DNA from: Vicinamibacteria bacterium
GTDB lineage: Bacteria > Acidobacteriota > Vicinamibacteria > Fen-336
DNA length: 61,048 nucleotides
Direction of reading: 5' to 3'
Assembly: GCA_025923995.1 (NCBI GenBank)
Contig: JAICEW010000003.1
Location: forward strand, 1 to 61,048
Made by a program: the position numbers and the translations under genes. Positions 9,171 to 21,602 of this stretch are shown here, piece by piece. Below the pieces are notes generated by a model. The model did not search any database and was not told the DNA's origin. It worked only from the letters and a program-made list of their open reading frames with translations. The first letter of the stretch is position 1. Each line of letters opens with the position of its first letter.

Positions 9171-10778
9171 CTATTCCACCGGCAGCTCGTACGCGGCTGC
9201 CTCGCGATCGTTGCGGACGACGAGAAGCCGGCCCGCCAGCGCGGGCGGGTTCCACGTCTTGCCCTCGAGCGCCTGGAAACGCGTCAGCTCTCGCAGCCCG
9301 TCCGGGGACGGATCGATGAGGACGATCTCGCCGTCCTCGGTCTGCACGATCAACAGCCGGCCCGCCAGCAGCATCTGGCCGTGACCGTACCGGCCGTCCT
9401 TCCATCGCCGCTCGCCCGAGGCCGGATCGATGCACGTGAGGACGCCGTCGTCCAGGCCGTACACGAGGCCCTCGTGGCGGATCAGGTTCCCGAACTTGGA
9501 CTTGAGCCGCGGGCTCTCCCATTCCATGGTCGCGGCCATCGCGCCCCCGTTCGCGGCCACGCGATACGACTTGCTGCCGACCCCGTATCCGACCGAGACC
9601 AGCAGCCGGTCGCCGCCCAGCGGCAGCGGCATGGTCACGTTCGGCTGCCCGCTGGGGAACGGGTGCTCCCACAGCATCGCGCCGGTGCTCGGATCGTGCG
9701 CGGCGAGCGAGCCCTGGTTGAGGATCACCACCTGCCGCCGTCCGGCGAGTGTCAGCAGCAGGGGCGAGCTGTAGCTGGACCGGTCGGAGCCGCCGGCCCA
9801 CGCCGGCTCGCCGCTGGCGGCGTCGTAGGCCACGAGCGAGCGGCCGCCCTGCCCGCCCGCGCTCACGATCACGCGGCCGTCGACCACCAGCGGCGACGCG
9901 CTCTTGCCCCACTCGGGTGACGTCGCGTCGTGCTCCGCGAGCACGTCGTGCCGCCAGAGGCGGCGGCCGGTGGCGAGGTCGAGCGCGTTCAGGACGCCGG
10001 TCGCGCCCATCGTGAAGACGCGCCCCCGGTCGATCGTCGGCGTCGCGCGCGGACCCACGCCCGCGATCGTCGTCGCGTAGCGCACCGCGTCACCGTGAGA
10101 CCAGAGGGCGCGTCCGCTGGCCACGTCGTAGGCGACCACCCGCTCGTCCGGCCCGCGCTGCTCCTGGGTGATCGCCACGCCGTCGGCGACCGCGAACCCG
10201 GACCAGCCTTCTCCCACCGGCTGGCGCCAGCGCTCGCGCGGCGGGTGCGCGCGCCAGTCGCGCGCCAGCCGGGGGGCGTCGATCGTCGCGTCGCGGTCCG
10301 GGCCCAGGTACTGCGGGAACGCGGGCCGGTCGGAGGACGCGGCCGGAGCAGGACTCGCGAGCGTGGGCGGCGGCGCGGGCGCCTCCGGAGCGGAGGGCGT
10401 CGCGGCGGGAGATGGAGTTGGCGTCGCGAGGGGTGCGGCCGGCGGAACCGTCGGAAGGGGCGGCAGCGCGTCGCCGTGCTCGGCCCAGCGGGACTCGAAG
10501 ACCGGCAGCAGGTCCCCCGTCACGCCGCGGACGCGGAAGAGCGCGGCGAAGACGGCCCCGGCCAGCGCCACGCCTCCCAGCCCGGCCAGGCGCACGCGCC
10601 ACGGCAGGCGCGACAGGAAGGCCAGCCACAGCGTGAGCAGCAGGCACGCCAGGATCACCACCGCGCCGGTGCGCGTGTTGCGCTGCTGCCCGCTCGCCTC
10701 GCCGACGGACCAGATGACGGCGACCGCGCCGAGCGCCAGGGCGAGGACGAGGAGTGCCGGCCAGAGGCGTGGTTTCAC
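9171..10778 (-). CDS. Membrane-anchored PQQ-like beta-propeller repeat protein (BamB-like)
   Basis: 3 N-terminal TMs, FPQYLGPDRD, GPRATPTI, SYSSP, KTWNPPALAG; only the 3' part of ORF 9171..13307 is real. Confidence 0.85.
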   Translation of the reverse strand: MKPRLWPALLVLALALGAVAVIWSVGEASGQQRNTRTGAVVILACLLLTLWLAFLSRLPWRVRLAGLGGVALAGAVFAALFRVRGVTGDLLPVFESRWAEHGDALPPLPTVPPAAPLATPTPSPAATPSAPEAPAPPPTLASPAPAASSDRPAFPQYLGPDRDATIDAPRLARDWRAHPPRERWRQPVGEGWSGFAVADGVAITQEQRGPDERVVAYDVASGRALWSHGDAVRYATTIAGVGPRATPTIDRGRVFTMGATGVLNALDLATGRRLWRHDVLAEHDATSPEWGKSASPLVVDGRVIVSAGGQGGRSLVAYDAASGEPAWAGGSDRSSYSSPLLLTLAGRRQVVILNQGSLAAHDPSTGAMLWEHPFPSGQPNVTMPLPLGGDRLLVSVGYGVGSKSYRVAANGGAMAATMEWESPRLKSKFGNLIRHEGLVYGLDDGVLTCIDPASGERRWKDGRYGHGQMLLAGRLLIVQTEDGEIVLIDPSPDGLRELTRFQALEGKTWNPPALAGRLLVVRNDREAAAYELPVE

Positions 10779-10810
10779 GCGGGCAAGCGTAGCCGAAGAC
10801 GAGGCGAGGC

Positions 10811-12502
10811 TCAGAACCGGGATGCGCTCAGCTTCACGTCCGAGCGCGCCCAGGCCTTCGCGAGCCGGGCTTCCACGAGCGCCGCGTCCGCGTCGCGTTT
10901 CTGCGCGCGGAGCGCCAGCGAGAGGCCGAAGAGCGACCAGCCGTTCTCGGGGTTGCGCCGCAGGTCGTCCCAGTAGACCGTCTCGGCCTCCCGCGGCCGG
11001 CCGGCCTCCAGCAGCACGGCCGCGAGGGCGTGGCGGACCGGGTAGTGCCACTCCGCGGGCTCCGTGTAGACGAGCCCGTCCTCCAGGCGCACGCCGCGCT
11101 CCAGGTGGGCGATGGCGCGGTCGTAGTCCTTGCGCTTCGCGGCCAGCTCCCCCGCCAGCACCTCCGGCGCGATCGCGAAGATGGCCGCGGCCTTGTTGGG
11201 CGAGAAGAGCGTGAAGTCCAGTGCCGGGTCGGCGGCGATGCGGCGCACCTCGGCCAGGTCCTTCTCCGCCTCCTCGATCTGGCCCTTGCCCGCGTGCGCC
11301 AGGCCGCGGGCGTACTGCCACGTGCCCTTCAGGTAGAGGAAGCGGTCGGGCGGCGCGGTCTCCGCCAGCATCTCGTCCCATCGCCCGAAGCGCGTGAGCG
11401 CGTAGTACGGCACCAGCTTGAAGCCGGCCAGCAGGGGCAGGCCGTCCATCGCCTCGTCGGTCACCTTCGCCGCGACCTTGCGCGCGGCGTCGATCGCCGC
11501 CTGGCTGCGGCCCTCCATGCTCGCGGCCGACCAGAGGAAGTGGATGTTGTGCGGGTAGTAGCCCATGGGGTAGATGCCCTGGGCCCGGCACTGCGCGATG
11601 TAGTCCTCGTCCGCGAGGATCGCCTTCTCGTTCGCGGCGGACGCGTCCGCGTAGCGGCCGACGCGCATGTAGATGTGCGATGGCATGTGCACGATGTGTC
11701 CCGCGCCTGGCATCAGCGCGAGCAGGCGGTCGGCGGCGGCCTCGGCGCGGGCGGCCTGCGCGGTCGGCTCCAGCAGGTGGATGTAGAGGTGGTTCGCTCC
11801 CGGATGGCTCGGATTGCGCTTCAGGACGGACTCGACGACCGCGACCGCCTCGGGCGTCTCGGCGTAGGCCGTGCCGTCCGGCATCCAGTAGCCCCACGGC
11901 CGCAGGTCCATCACCGCCTCGGCGTAGAGCGTCGCCGCATCGAGGTCCGCCGGGTAGCGCTTCATCACGGACTTCATGGCGTCCGCGTAGGCGCGGTCGC
12001 GCGCCGCGCGGTCCTCCGCCCTGCCGGAATACCGTTGCGCCACGGCGTCGATGTACGCGCGCTCGCGCGGCGTCGCGTTCGCCTGCAGCGACACCGCCTT
12101 CTGCGCGAGCTCGTGCGCCTTGGGCTCGTCCTCCGGCGCCATTGGCACGTTGATGTTCGGGCCCAGGACGAGGGCCTGCCCCCAGTAAGCCATCGCGCAC
12201 GCCGGATCGAGCCGCGCGGCTTCGCGGAACGAGCGGCCGGCCTCCGCGTGGTTGAAGCCGTACGAGAGGCGCAGCCCCTGGTCGACGAACCGCTGCGCCT
12301 GGCGCGAGCGGGTCGTGACCGGGAACGTGTGCGTGCCGAGGTTCTGCAGGCGCGGGGCCAGCTCGCCGGTCGGGGCCGGCTTCTCCGTCTCGGCGGTCGA
12401 CTCGTAGTGCTTGTGCTGGGTGGTCTGGGCGGTCGCGCTGGGGGCCAGGGCCAGCGCGGCGATCGCCAGGGCGGAGACGAGGGCCGACGGGGAGGACTTC
12501 AT
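10811..12502 (-). CDS. Secreted TPR-containing protein with His-rich motifs
   Basis: Signal peptide; YGFNHAEA, HPGANHLYIH, HIVHMPSHIY, PENGWSLFGL. Confidence 0.8.
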   Translation of the reverse strand: MKSSPSALVSALAIAALALAPSATAQTTQHKHYESTAETEKPAPTGELAPRLQNLGTHTFPVTTRSRQAQRFVDQGLRLSYGFNHAEAGRSFREAARLDPACAMAYWGQALVLGPNINVPMAPEDEPKAHELAQKAVSLQANATPRERAYIDAVAQRYSGRAEDRAARDRAYADAMKSVMKRYPADLDAATLYAEAVMDLRPWGYWMPDGTAYAETPEAVAVVESVLKRNPSHPGANHLYIHLLEPTAQAARAEAAADRLLALMPGAGHIVHMPSHIYMRVGRYADASAANEKAILADEDYIAQCRAQGIYPMGYYPHNIHFLWSAASMEGRSQAAIDAARKVAAKVTDEAMDGLPLLAGFKLVPYYALTRFGRWDEMLAETAPPDRFLYLKGTWQYARGLAHAGKGQIEEAEKDLAEVRRIAADPALDFTLFSPNKAAAIFAIAPEVLAGELAAKRKDYDRAIAHLERGVRLEDGLVYTEPAEWHYPVRHALAAVLLEAGRPREAETVYWDDLRRNPENGWSLFGLSLALRAQKRDADAALVEARLAKAWARSDVKLSASRF

Positions 12503-12538
12503 GGGCGTGAAGTCTAGCCCGCCGGCCCCGGGTTGCGG

Positions 12539-13321
12539 CTAGTCGAGGTGCAGGCCGCCGTTGCGCGTCTCGATGCGCAGGGGCGCGCCGCCTCGCCCCA
12601 GGTCGACGTCGAGCTTCTTGCCGTCGAACTGGCGGCGCAGGTCCTCCGGGGCATGGATGCCGCCGTTGACCGTGCTGGTCCGCAGGTGGGCGTTGTAGTC
12701 GTCGGGGATCTGCACGTGCACGCCGCCGTTCGCCGTCTCGATGTCGAGCGACTCGCCGTCCCAGGAGTCGCCGCTGAGCTGCACGTGCACGCCGCCGTTC
12801 TGGGTCCGCGCGGTGACCTTGCCGCCCATGGCGTCGAGGTGCACGCCGCCGTTGACGGTGCGCGCGTCCACCGTTCCGGCCAGGCCACGCAGATGGAGGC
12901 CGCCGTTCTTCGACTCGAGCGACAGCGTCGACCCGCGGGGGACCTCCAGGCGGAAGCTGGCCCAGGCCCGGCCGGCCGTCGTCGCCCGGATCACGTCCTC
13001 GGTCGCGACGCGCACCGCGGCCGCGTGCGACTTCGCCTCCGCCAACGTGTCGGCGTCCGCGACCACCTTCACGCGCAGCCGGACCTCGTTGCGGTCCCAG
13101 CCCACGACCTCGATGCCGCCGTTGGGCATCGAGTCCACGGCGATCGGCGCGCCGGTGGCCGCCCAGGTGGCCTCGCGCACCTCGCAGTGGCGCTCCCTGG
13201 AGGAGCCCCAACCCTTGTCGTGGCACCATTCGGCGTCCGGCACCGTACGGAACGCGACCTCCGCGGAGGCCGGCAGGCCCAGGCCCAGCATCGCGACGAA
13301 CGTCCAAAGGACAGAACGCAT
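12539..13321 (-). CDS. DUF4097-type beta-strand repeat (putative adhesin) secreted protein
   Basis: Signal peptide; repeated TxNGGVHL/I units. Confidence 0.8.
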   Translation of the reverse strand: MRSVLWTFVAMLGLGLPASAEVAFRTVPDAEWCHDKGWGSSRERHCEVREATWAATGAPIAVDSMPNGGIEVVGWDRNEVRLRVKVVADADTLAEAKSHAAAVRVATEDVIRATTAGRAWASFRLEVPRGSTLSLESKNGGLHLRGLAGTVDARTVNGGVHLDAMGGKVTARTQNGGVHVQLSGDSWDGESLDIETANGGVHVQIPDDYNAHLRTSTVNGGIHAPEDLRRQFDGKKLDVDLGRGGAPLRIETRNGGLHLD

Positions 13322-13359
13322 GGCTCGCCTCCTCCGCGGTTTCGCGACCGCCGAACGTG

Positions 13360-13386
13360 AGACGCCCGGACCGGTCGAGGGGTTGC
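13360..13386 (-). promoter_or_regulatory. Putative ECF-sigma promoter for the DUF4097 gene
   Basis: GCAACC-N16-CGTCT on the minus strand, upstream of a GGAGGAGG SD. Confidence 0.5.
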
Positions 13387-13387
13387 C

Positions 13388-14350
13388 TCAGTCCTGGAGG
13401 CGGGATCTCAGGGCGGCCAGGTCGTCGTCCTTGAGGGCCTGGGCCCGGAGCCTGGGGTTCAGGGACAGCGCGCGCTGCAGCACGGTCCAGGCCTCGTCGC
13501 CCACGCCGTTGGCCTGGAGGATGACCGCCAGGTCGTAGAGGACCTCCGGAAGCATCGACGGCGTCTTCTCGGCCATCTCGGCCGTCCGTCGCTGCCAGCG
13601 CAGCGCCTCCGGGTACTGCCTGCTGGTGAACGCGGTCCAGCCCCGGGTCCAGGTGTCGTTCACGATCGCGAGACGCGTCACCCGCGCGATCTCGGACATG
13701 GGGTCGGGATGGTCGTCCACGCGCACGTCCACCGCGCGGTCGGTGAAGCCGTTGTAGCCGCCGCGGGCGCGTGCCACCAGCACCGCGGCCGACTGGCGTC
13801 CGCGCGCGTCGCCGCCGGCGGCATCCCCCGCCAGCAGGGCCTCGAGCAGCCGCTCCGCGAGCGGCCTCCCCTTCGTCTCCAGGAACCGCTTCTCGAGGGC
13901 GGCCACGACCGCCTCACCCGCGAGGATGTTGCCCTGAACCGCGTACCCCGGGCCGGTGCGCCCACCCGCCCACGCGGTGCTGCGGGGGCCGGTGTGCGTG
14001 GCCGATGCCCCGTCCGCCGCCACGATGCCCACCTGCCGGCCGTCGCGTCCGTCGTCCGCGCGCAGGAGCACGTCGAGCGTTTCGCGGGCCGACGCACCGC
14101 GCTCGAGCAGCTCGAGCCCGCGTGGCCCGAACGTCGTGTTGGCGTTGGACTGCGTCGCCACCGCGCCCACGCCCGCTTTGGCCCAGGGCACGACCGACCC
14201 CACGGCGAAGAACCGGCTGGCGACCGCCACCCCGACCTCTCCCGCCTCGGGGTCGGCGGCCACGATCGAGAAGGTGGAAGGCCGCGGGGGCTCGGCCAGG
14301 GCGGACGCCGCGAGGCCGGTCGCGGCCAGGAGAAACGCGATCCTCTTCAT
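13388..14350 (-). CDS. DUF1028 (Ntn-hydrolase-like) protein with signal peptide and C-terminal TPR
   Basis: STFSIVA, GVGAVATQS, QGNILAG, GGDARGRQSAA, VRVDDHPDP; start MKRIAF at 14350. Confidence 0.87.
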   Translation of the reverse strand: MKRIAFLLAATGLAASALAEPPRPSTFSIVAADPEAGEVGVAVASRFFAVGSVVPWAKAGVGAVATQSNANTTFGPRGLELLERGASARETLDVLLRADDGRDGRQVGIVAADGASATHTGPRSTAWAGGRTGPGYAVQGNILAGEAVVAALEKRFLETKGRPLAERLLEALLAGDAAGGDARGRQSAAVLVARARGGYNGFTDRAVDVRVDDHPDPMSEIARVTRLAIVNDTWTRGWTAFTSRQYPEALRWQRRTAEMAEKTPSMLPEVLYDLAVILQANGVGDEAWTVLQRALSLNPRLRAQALKDDDLAALRSRLQD

Positions 14351-14516
14351 GGCGCGGCACACTACCACCGGACCGCGAACCGTGATAAGCTCCGTGCCTG
14401 CATAGTTGCCGTTGCTAAGGCGCGCCGAAACGCCCGTCCACTGTGGCCGGTCCCGCTCGTGAACGCCCGTAGAAACGCTGACAACTAGGCGAAGGGTCGA
14501 AGGAGGCCCGTCGTTC

Positions 14517-14717
14517 ATGATCGAAGGTACCGTCAAGTGGTTCAACGAGTCCAAGGGTTTTGGTTTCCTGTCGCGTGAGGGTGGTCCGGACGTGTTCGTC
14601 CACCACTCCGAGATCCGCGCGGAGGGTTTCCGCACCCTGAACGAGGGTGATCGTGTGCGTTTCGACGTGGTGGACAGCCCCAAGGGGCCGCGCGCCGCCA
14701 ACGTCCAGCGCGTCTGA
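14517..14717 (+). CDS. cspA: Cold-shock protein
   Basis: [30 protein letters not shown]; GGAGG SD and long 5' intergenic region. Confidence 0.95.
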   Translation: MIEGTVKWFNESKGFGFLSREGGPDVFVHHSEIRAEGFRTLNEGDRVRFDVVDSPKGPRAANVQRV

Positions 14718-14739
14718 CGCTCTCGTAGGAGCTCGTTCC

Positions 14740-14777
14740 GAAAACGGCCGGGGCCGGCGCCCCGGCCGTTTTCTTTT
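14740..14777 (+). terminator. Rho-independent terminator after csp
   Basis: 14-bp perfect stem GAAAACGGCCGGGG / CCCCGGCCGTTTTC with 6-nt loop, followed by TTTT. Confidence 0.85.
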
Positions 14778-14801
14778 GCATGCGAGAGTTCCGGGGATTC
14801 C

Positions 14802-16739
14802 GTGAAGTACTGCGATACCTGCCACTCGGCCTACCCCGACGACTTCAACATCTGTCCGCGCGACCAGGGCGCGCTGCGCCAGGCGGCCGACCTCGTCCCC
14901 GGCATGGTGATCCGCGGCAAGTACGAGGTCCTCTCGAAGGTCGGTAGCGGCGGGATGGCGTCGGTCTACAAGGCGCGCCACGTCGCGTTCGGCGAGGTGG
15001 TGGCGCTCAAGCTGGTCGGCACCCGGCTCTCGGGCGACGCCGACTTCCTGAAGCGTTTCCGCAACGAGGCCGTGATCACGCGCCGGCTGCAGCACCCCAA
15101 CGCGGTGCGGGTCGAGGACCTGGACGCGACCGAGGACGGCCGCCCCTTCATCGTCATGGAGTACGTGGACGGCCGCAGCCTGCGCGAGCTGGTGCGCAGC
15201 GAGGGGCCGCAGCCGCTGGCCCGCGCCGTTTCGGTTTCGCGCCAGGTGTGCGCCGCCCTGGCGGCCGCGCACGCGCTGGGCATCACCCATCGCGACATCA
15301 AGCCCGATAACATCCTGCTCGGGCGCGGGCCCGACGGCGCCGAGCACGTGAAGGTGCTCGACTTCGGCATCGCGAAGGTGCGCGAGGCCTCCGAGGGCGC
15401 GGGCGAGGGGTACACCCCGACGCGCACGGGCATGATCGTGGGCACGCCGCAGTACATCTCCCCCGAGCAGGCCATGGGCAAGCGTGGGGACGAGGTGGAC
15501 GGCCGCGCCGACCTGTACTCGCTCGGCGTCGTGCTGTACGAGATGGTCACGGGCCGGCTGCCCTTCCACTCCGACACCGCGATGGGCATGCTGCTGCACC
15601 ACCTGCAGACGGCCCCCACTCCGCCCAACCTGGCCCGGCCGGACCTCGAGATCCCGGCGCCCCTCACCGACGTGCTCATGCGCGCGCTGCAGAAGGACCG
15701 CGACCAGCGCTACGGGAGCGCGACCGAGATGCTGGCGGCGCTCGACAGCGTGGCGGCGATGCCGCTGCCCGAGGCGCCTCCCCTGGTCTGGCCCGCGGTC
15801 CCGGTGATGACTCCCCCGCCCGTGCGCACGCCGGCCGGGACCTCGACGCCGCGGCCGCTCACGCCGACGGAGCTCGCCCAGATCGAGGCGCAGCCGACGA
15901 AGATGATGCCGTCCACGCCCACGCCGGCGCCCACGATGATGCAGGGCACGCCGACCGTGATGCAGCCGCCGCAGGCGCAGCGCCGGCGTCCGTGGTGGCA
16001 GTGGGTGGCCGCCAGCGGCGTCATCGTGTTCGCCATGTGCTCGGGGCTCTGCGCGCGCGCGTGCTCCGACCACGACGAGCGGCCGTCGGCCACCGCGCCG
16101 TCCGTGGCCGAGGTGGTCAAGGAAGCGATGCAGGAGGTCGACGACGACGGCATCAAGGACGCGGTCGAGGAGCGCCTGGAGGCCTCGAAGGCGACGTCCG
16201 AGTACGGGTTCTCCGTGCGGGTCGAGGCGGGCGTGGTGACGCTGGGAGGCGAGGCGCCGTCCTCCACGATCGCCCAGGTGGCGGAGGCGCTGGCCGAGAC
16301 CGTCCCCGGGGTCAAGAGCGTGACCAACCAGATCCGTTCACCCGACGAAGGACGCGGGGCGGGTGCCTCCGGGCGTCACAGGGGCGTGCCGCCGCCGGGC
16401 CCGGTCGGGCCCGTACCACGCGTCTCGCGCGCGCCGGGGACGCCTCCGATCGACCCGAACTCGCCCGAAGGCGAGGCGCTGCGTGAGCTGCTCAAGCGCG
16501 GCCGTGAGGCGCTGGCGGCCGACAAGCCCGAGGAGGCCCTCCGCCACTACGGCACCGCCATGTCGCTCGATCCGGGCAACGAGGAGGCCAACGAGGGCAT
16601 GCAGAAGGCCGCGGCCGCCTGGGGCAGGACGTGGCAGCGCCGCATCCCCTTCCCCCTCGGCCCGCGGGCACGGCCGCAGCCACCCGCCACACCGCCGCCC
16701 GCGCCCCTGCCCTCGCCCAGCCCGACGCCGGAGCCCTGA
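14802..16739 (+). CDS. Transmembrane Ser/Thr protein kinase: N-terminal Cys ribbon, kinase, TM, BON domain, TPR-like
   Basis: CDTC..CPRD; GSGGMASVY, HRDIKPDN, DFGIAK, GTPQYISPEQ; GVVTLGG...VPGVKSVTNQI BON pattern. Confidence 0.92.
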   Translation: MKYCDTCHSAYPDDFNICPRDQGALRQAADLVPGMVIRGKYEVLSKVGSGGMASVYKARHVAFGEVVALKLVGTRLSGDADFLKRFRNEAVITRRLQHPNAVRVEDLDATEDGRPFIVMEYVDGRSLRELVRSEGPQPLARAVSVSRQVCAALAAAHALGITHRDIKPDNILLGRGPDGAEHVKVLDFGIAKVREASEGAGEGYTPTRTGMIVGTPQYISPEQAMGKRGDEVDGRADLYSLGVVLYEMVTGRLPFHSDTAMGMLLHHLQTAPTPPNLARPDLEIPAPLTDVLMRALQKDRDQRYGSATEMLAALDSVAAMPLPEAPPLVWPAVPVMTPPPVRTPAGTSTPRPLTPTELAQIEAQPTKMMPSTPTPAPTMMQGTPTVMQPPQAQRRRPWWQWVAASGVIVFAMCSGLCARACSDHDERPSATAPSVAEVVKEAMQEVDDDGIKDAVEERLEASKATSEYGFSVRVEAGVVTLGGEAPSSTIAQVAEALAETVPGVKSVTNQIRSPDEGRGAGASGRHRGVPPPGPVGPVPRVSRAPGTPPIDPNSPEGEALRELLKRGREALAADKPEEALRHYGTAMSLDPGNEEANEGMQKAAAAWGRTWQRRIPFPLGPRARPQPPATPPPAPLPSPSPTPEP

Positions 16740-16746
16740 CTCGCGG

Positions 16747-19038
<2,292 letters not shown>

Positions 19039-19051
19039 GGGAACGGCTAGT

Positions 19052-20167
19052 CTAACGCCTCTCCTGGGCCGGATCGCCGCCGACGCAGATCGCGTCTTCC
19101 GGGATCCGCTTGCGATAGTCGTCGCCGCGCTGGTACGCCGACACGTGCACCCGCGGCTGCCTCGGCCAGGTGCGCCGCCGCCACAGGTTCATGCGCCGTC
19201 CCCAACGTCCCCTGGCCATGTCGTAGTGCTTCTTCCAGACCAGCTCGGCGACGTGCCAGAAGCCCTTCAGCGACTCGTGCATCGGAGCAGGCGTCGCGGG
19301 TTGCGGTGCGCCCGGCGCCAGGAGGGCGTCGCGACGTCCGCGATCACAGATGAGGCCCGCCTTCTCGGCCTCCTCCACCATCCAGCGCAGCGCCACGTCG
19401 GAAAGGCCTGTCTCGGCGTACCCGCCACCGACGTCGCAGTGGACGCCCGGGAACCAGACCTGCTCCTCGTCCACGGGGCCGTGCTCCTTCATCGACGGCG
19501 ACCGTCGCCAGAGGTTCGTGCGGAAGAACGCGCGCCGTTCGTCGATCGCGATCGCGTGGCGGCCGATGTGGATGCTGGGGTTGTCCGACACGAACGGCAG
19601 CTTGAGGGGGTTCTCCACCCAGCCGACCGAGCTCACGGTGTCCCACACGCCGACGAAGTGCGGCGCGCACCCCGTCCAGGACATGTCCTTCTTGAAGGCC
19701 TCGGCCAGCTCGAAGTACTGCTTGCGGGCCTGCTCGTCGCGCCCCTCGCTCCGCTTGATGCCCATCAGCATGCGGATGGCGTAGGGCACGAGCGGCTCGT
19801 TGTCGGGCCGGATGAGCCCGTACATGTGGAGCAGCGACGCGACCGCGCGGACCGTGTAGGCGCCGCGGCTGAACCCGAACAGGTACACGCGGTCGCCGGG
19901 CTGGTAGGTCCGCATCAAGAAGACGTAGGCGTCTCGCATATCGTCCGCGAGGCCGTAGCCGAAGGCGAGCCCCATGGCCTTGGTGACCTTGCGCGCGAAG
20001 GAGGTGAGCGCGCCCGCCGGCTCCCTCGTGCCCAGGCCCGGGTGGTAGTAGGAGACCTGCGTCTGCGGTTCGTGGGCGAGGATCGAGTAGAGCTTGACGA
20101 CGTTCGTGTTGTTCCTGGCGAACTCGTTCGCCGTACCGTCACAGCACACGACGATGTTCCTGGGCAT
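19052..20167 (-). CDS. DUF2235 (Tle1-like) alpha/beta hydrolase
   Basis: IVVCCDGT, YHPGLGT, LFGFSRGA, GVWDTV, HAIAIDERR, WFPGVHCDVGG. Confidence 0.9.
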   Translation of the reverse strand: MPRNIVVCCDGTANEFARNNTNVVKLYSILAHEPQTQVSYYHPGLGTREPAGALTSFARKVTKAMGLAFGYGLADDMRDAYVFLMRTYQPGDRVYLFGFSRGAYTVRAVASLLHMYGLIRPDNEPLVPYAIRMLMGIKRSEGRDEQARKQYFELAEAFKKDMSWTGCAPHFVGVWDTVSSVGWVENPLKLPFVSDNPSIHIGRHAIAIDERRAFFRTNLWRRSPSMKEHGPVDEEQVWFPGVHCDVGGGYAETGLSDVALRWMVEEAEKAGLICDRGRRDALLAPGAPQPATPAPMHESLKGFWHVAELVWKKHYDMARGRWGRRMNLWRRRTWPRQPRVHVSAYQRGDDYRKRIPEDAICVGGDPAQERR

Positions 20168-20270
20168 GGGATCCCCTCCAAGCTGCGCGCCGCTGCTGGG
20201 CCGCACATCACGGCCGGCTCACATTTTGGTCCATTCGGGAGAAGGGCGCCCCGGGCCGCGGGGCGGCGGA

Positions 20271-21602
20271 TCAGCGGGCGCCGATCGCGAACAGGTGCTT
20301 GAGCCCGCGCACGAACAGCACGCCGTCCGAGATGGCGGGGCTCGCCATCAGGACCTCGCCCATCGGGTTGGTCGCCAGCCACTCGGGCTTGCGCCCGGCG
20401 CGGACCACGAACACGTCGCCGTCCTCGCCGAGCAGGTAGAGCTTGCCGTCGGCCGCGACCGGCGAGGCGCTGAAGGCTCCGCCCTTCCCCGCCACGCGCT
20501 CCTGGTACAGCCGCTCGCCCGTCTTCGCGTCGTACGCGCTCAGAACGCCCTGGTTGGAGAGGAGGTACAGCAGGTCCTCGTAGACGACCGGCGTCGGCGT
20601 GTAGACCCCGCCGCGCTGCGAGCTCCAGGCGATGAAGTCGCTCGACGTCTTCTCGGCCGGGAGCGTGAGGTCGCCCGTCCCGCCCGGCTTGATGGCGTAG
20701 ATGGGCTGGATGCCGCGGTACCCGTTCGTCACGTAGATGAGGCCGTGGGCCACGATGGGCGTCGGCGTCGTGATCTCGGAGTTGGGGCCCAGCCGCCACA
20801 GCTCCTTGCCGGTCGCCGGGTCGTAAGCGCGGATGAACTTCGTGCCGTGCGTGACGATCTCGTCGCGCGGCGGGCCCTGGTAGACGGTCGGCGATCCCCA
20901 CGACGGGATCTCGTCGCGCTCGGTGCGCCAGGCCTGCGTGCCGTCCTTCAGGCGATACGCGGCGATGAACGAGTCCTTCTGCCGGTCCGCCTGCACGATC
21001 ACCAGGTCCTTGTAGACGACCGGCGAGCTGGCCGCGCCCCACTCGTAGTCGGGGTCGAAGAACCAGCCGGCGTCGATGCGCCCCAGGTCCTGCTTCCAGA
21101 GCAGCTTCCCCTCGAGGTCGTACGCGTACAGGCCCTCGGATGCGAAGTACGCGATCACGACCTTGCCGTCGGTCACCGGCGTGCACGAGGCCTGGCTCGA
21201 CTTGGGATGGCGCTTGGTCTTCGGGACCCCCTCGTGCGCGACGCGGTCCCACTTGAGCTTGCCCGTCCGCTTGTCGATCGCCAGCAGGCGCCAGGAGTGC
21301 TTCGTGACGTCGGCCGAGGGCTCGACGTCGCCGTACAGGCCGTGGCGGAACACTGCGCTCGGGTCGCTGCTCACGGCCGTGGTGACGAACACGGTGTCGC
21401 CCCACACGATCGGGCTCGAGACGGCCAGGCCCGGGATCTCCGTCTTCCAAAGGATGCCGGACGCCTTCGTCGCGTCCCACGTCGTCGCGGTGGGCTTGCC
21501 CAGCGCCACGCCGGACGCGTTGGGTCCCCGGAACGACGGCCAGTCCTGCGCGTGGGCGGCCGCCGGGAAGGCCAGCGCGAGGACGGGCAGCCAGCGCGTC
21601 AT
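20271..21602 (-). CDS. Secreted PQQ-like beta-propeller repeat protein
   Basis: Signal peptide, DWPSFRGPN, SSPIVWG, SASPVAADGK. Confidence 0.87.
   Translation of the reverse strand: MTRWLPVLALAFPAAAHAQDWPSFRGPNASGVALGKPTATTWDATKASGILWKTEIPGLAVSSPIVWGDTVFVTTAVSSDPSAVFRHGLYGDVEPSADVTKHSWRLLAIDKRTGKLKWDRVAHEGVPKTKRHPKSSQASCTPVTDGKVVIAYFASEGLYAYDLEGKLLWKQDLGRIDAGWFFDPDYEWGAASSPVVYKDLVIVQADRQKDSFIAAYRLKDGTQAWRTERDEIPSWGSPTVYQGPPRDEIVTHGTKFIRAYDPATGKELWRLGPNSEITTPTPIVAHGLIYVTNGYRGIQPIYAIKPGGTGDLTLPAEKTSSDFIAWSSQRGGVYTPTPVVYEDLLYLLSNQGVLSAYDAKTGERLYQERVAGKGGAFSASPVAADGKLYLLGEDGDVFVVRAGRKPEWLATNPMGEVLMASPAISDGVLFVRGLKHLFAIGAR

Noticed and set aside
12640-12910. Recurring GCACGCCGCCGTT-like units about 60-66 nt apart (also the periodicity at 39500-40600)
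   Set aside because: They encode protein repeats (NGGVH strands, ankyrins); not CRISPR or non-coding repeats
9171-13307. Apparent giant or fusion ORFs (9171..13307, 47137..50466, 53292..56084, 6076..8634)
   Set aside because: Only the 3' parts are protein-like; the 5' extensions run over other real genes
19052-20167. T6SS Tle1 effector locus
   Set aside because: No vgrG, PAAR, hcp or immunity lipoprotein adjacent; treated as a stand-alone DUF2235 hydrolase
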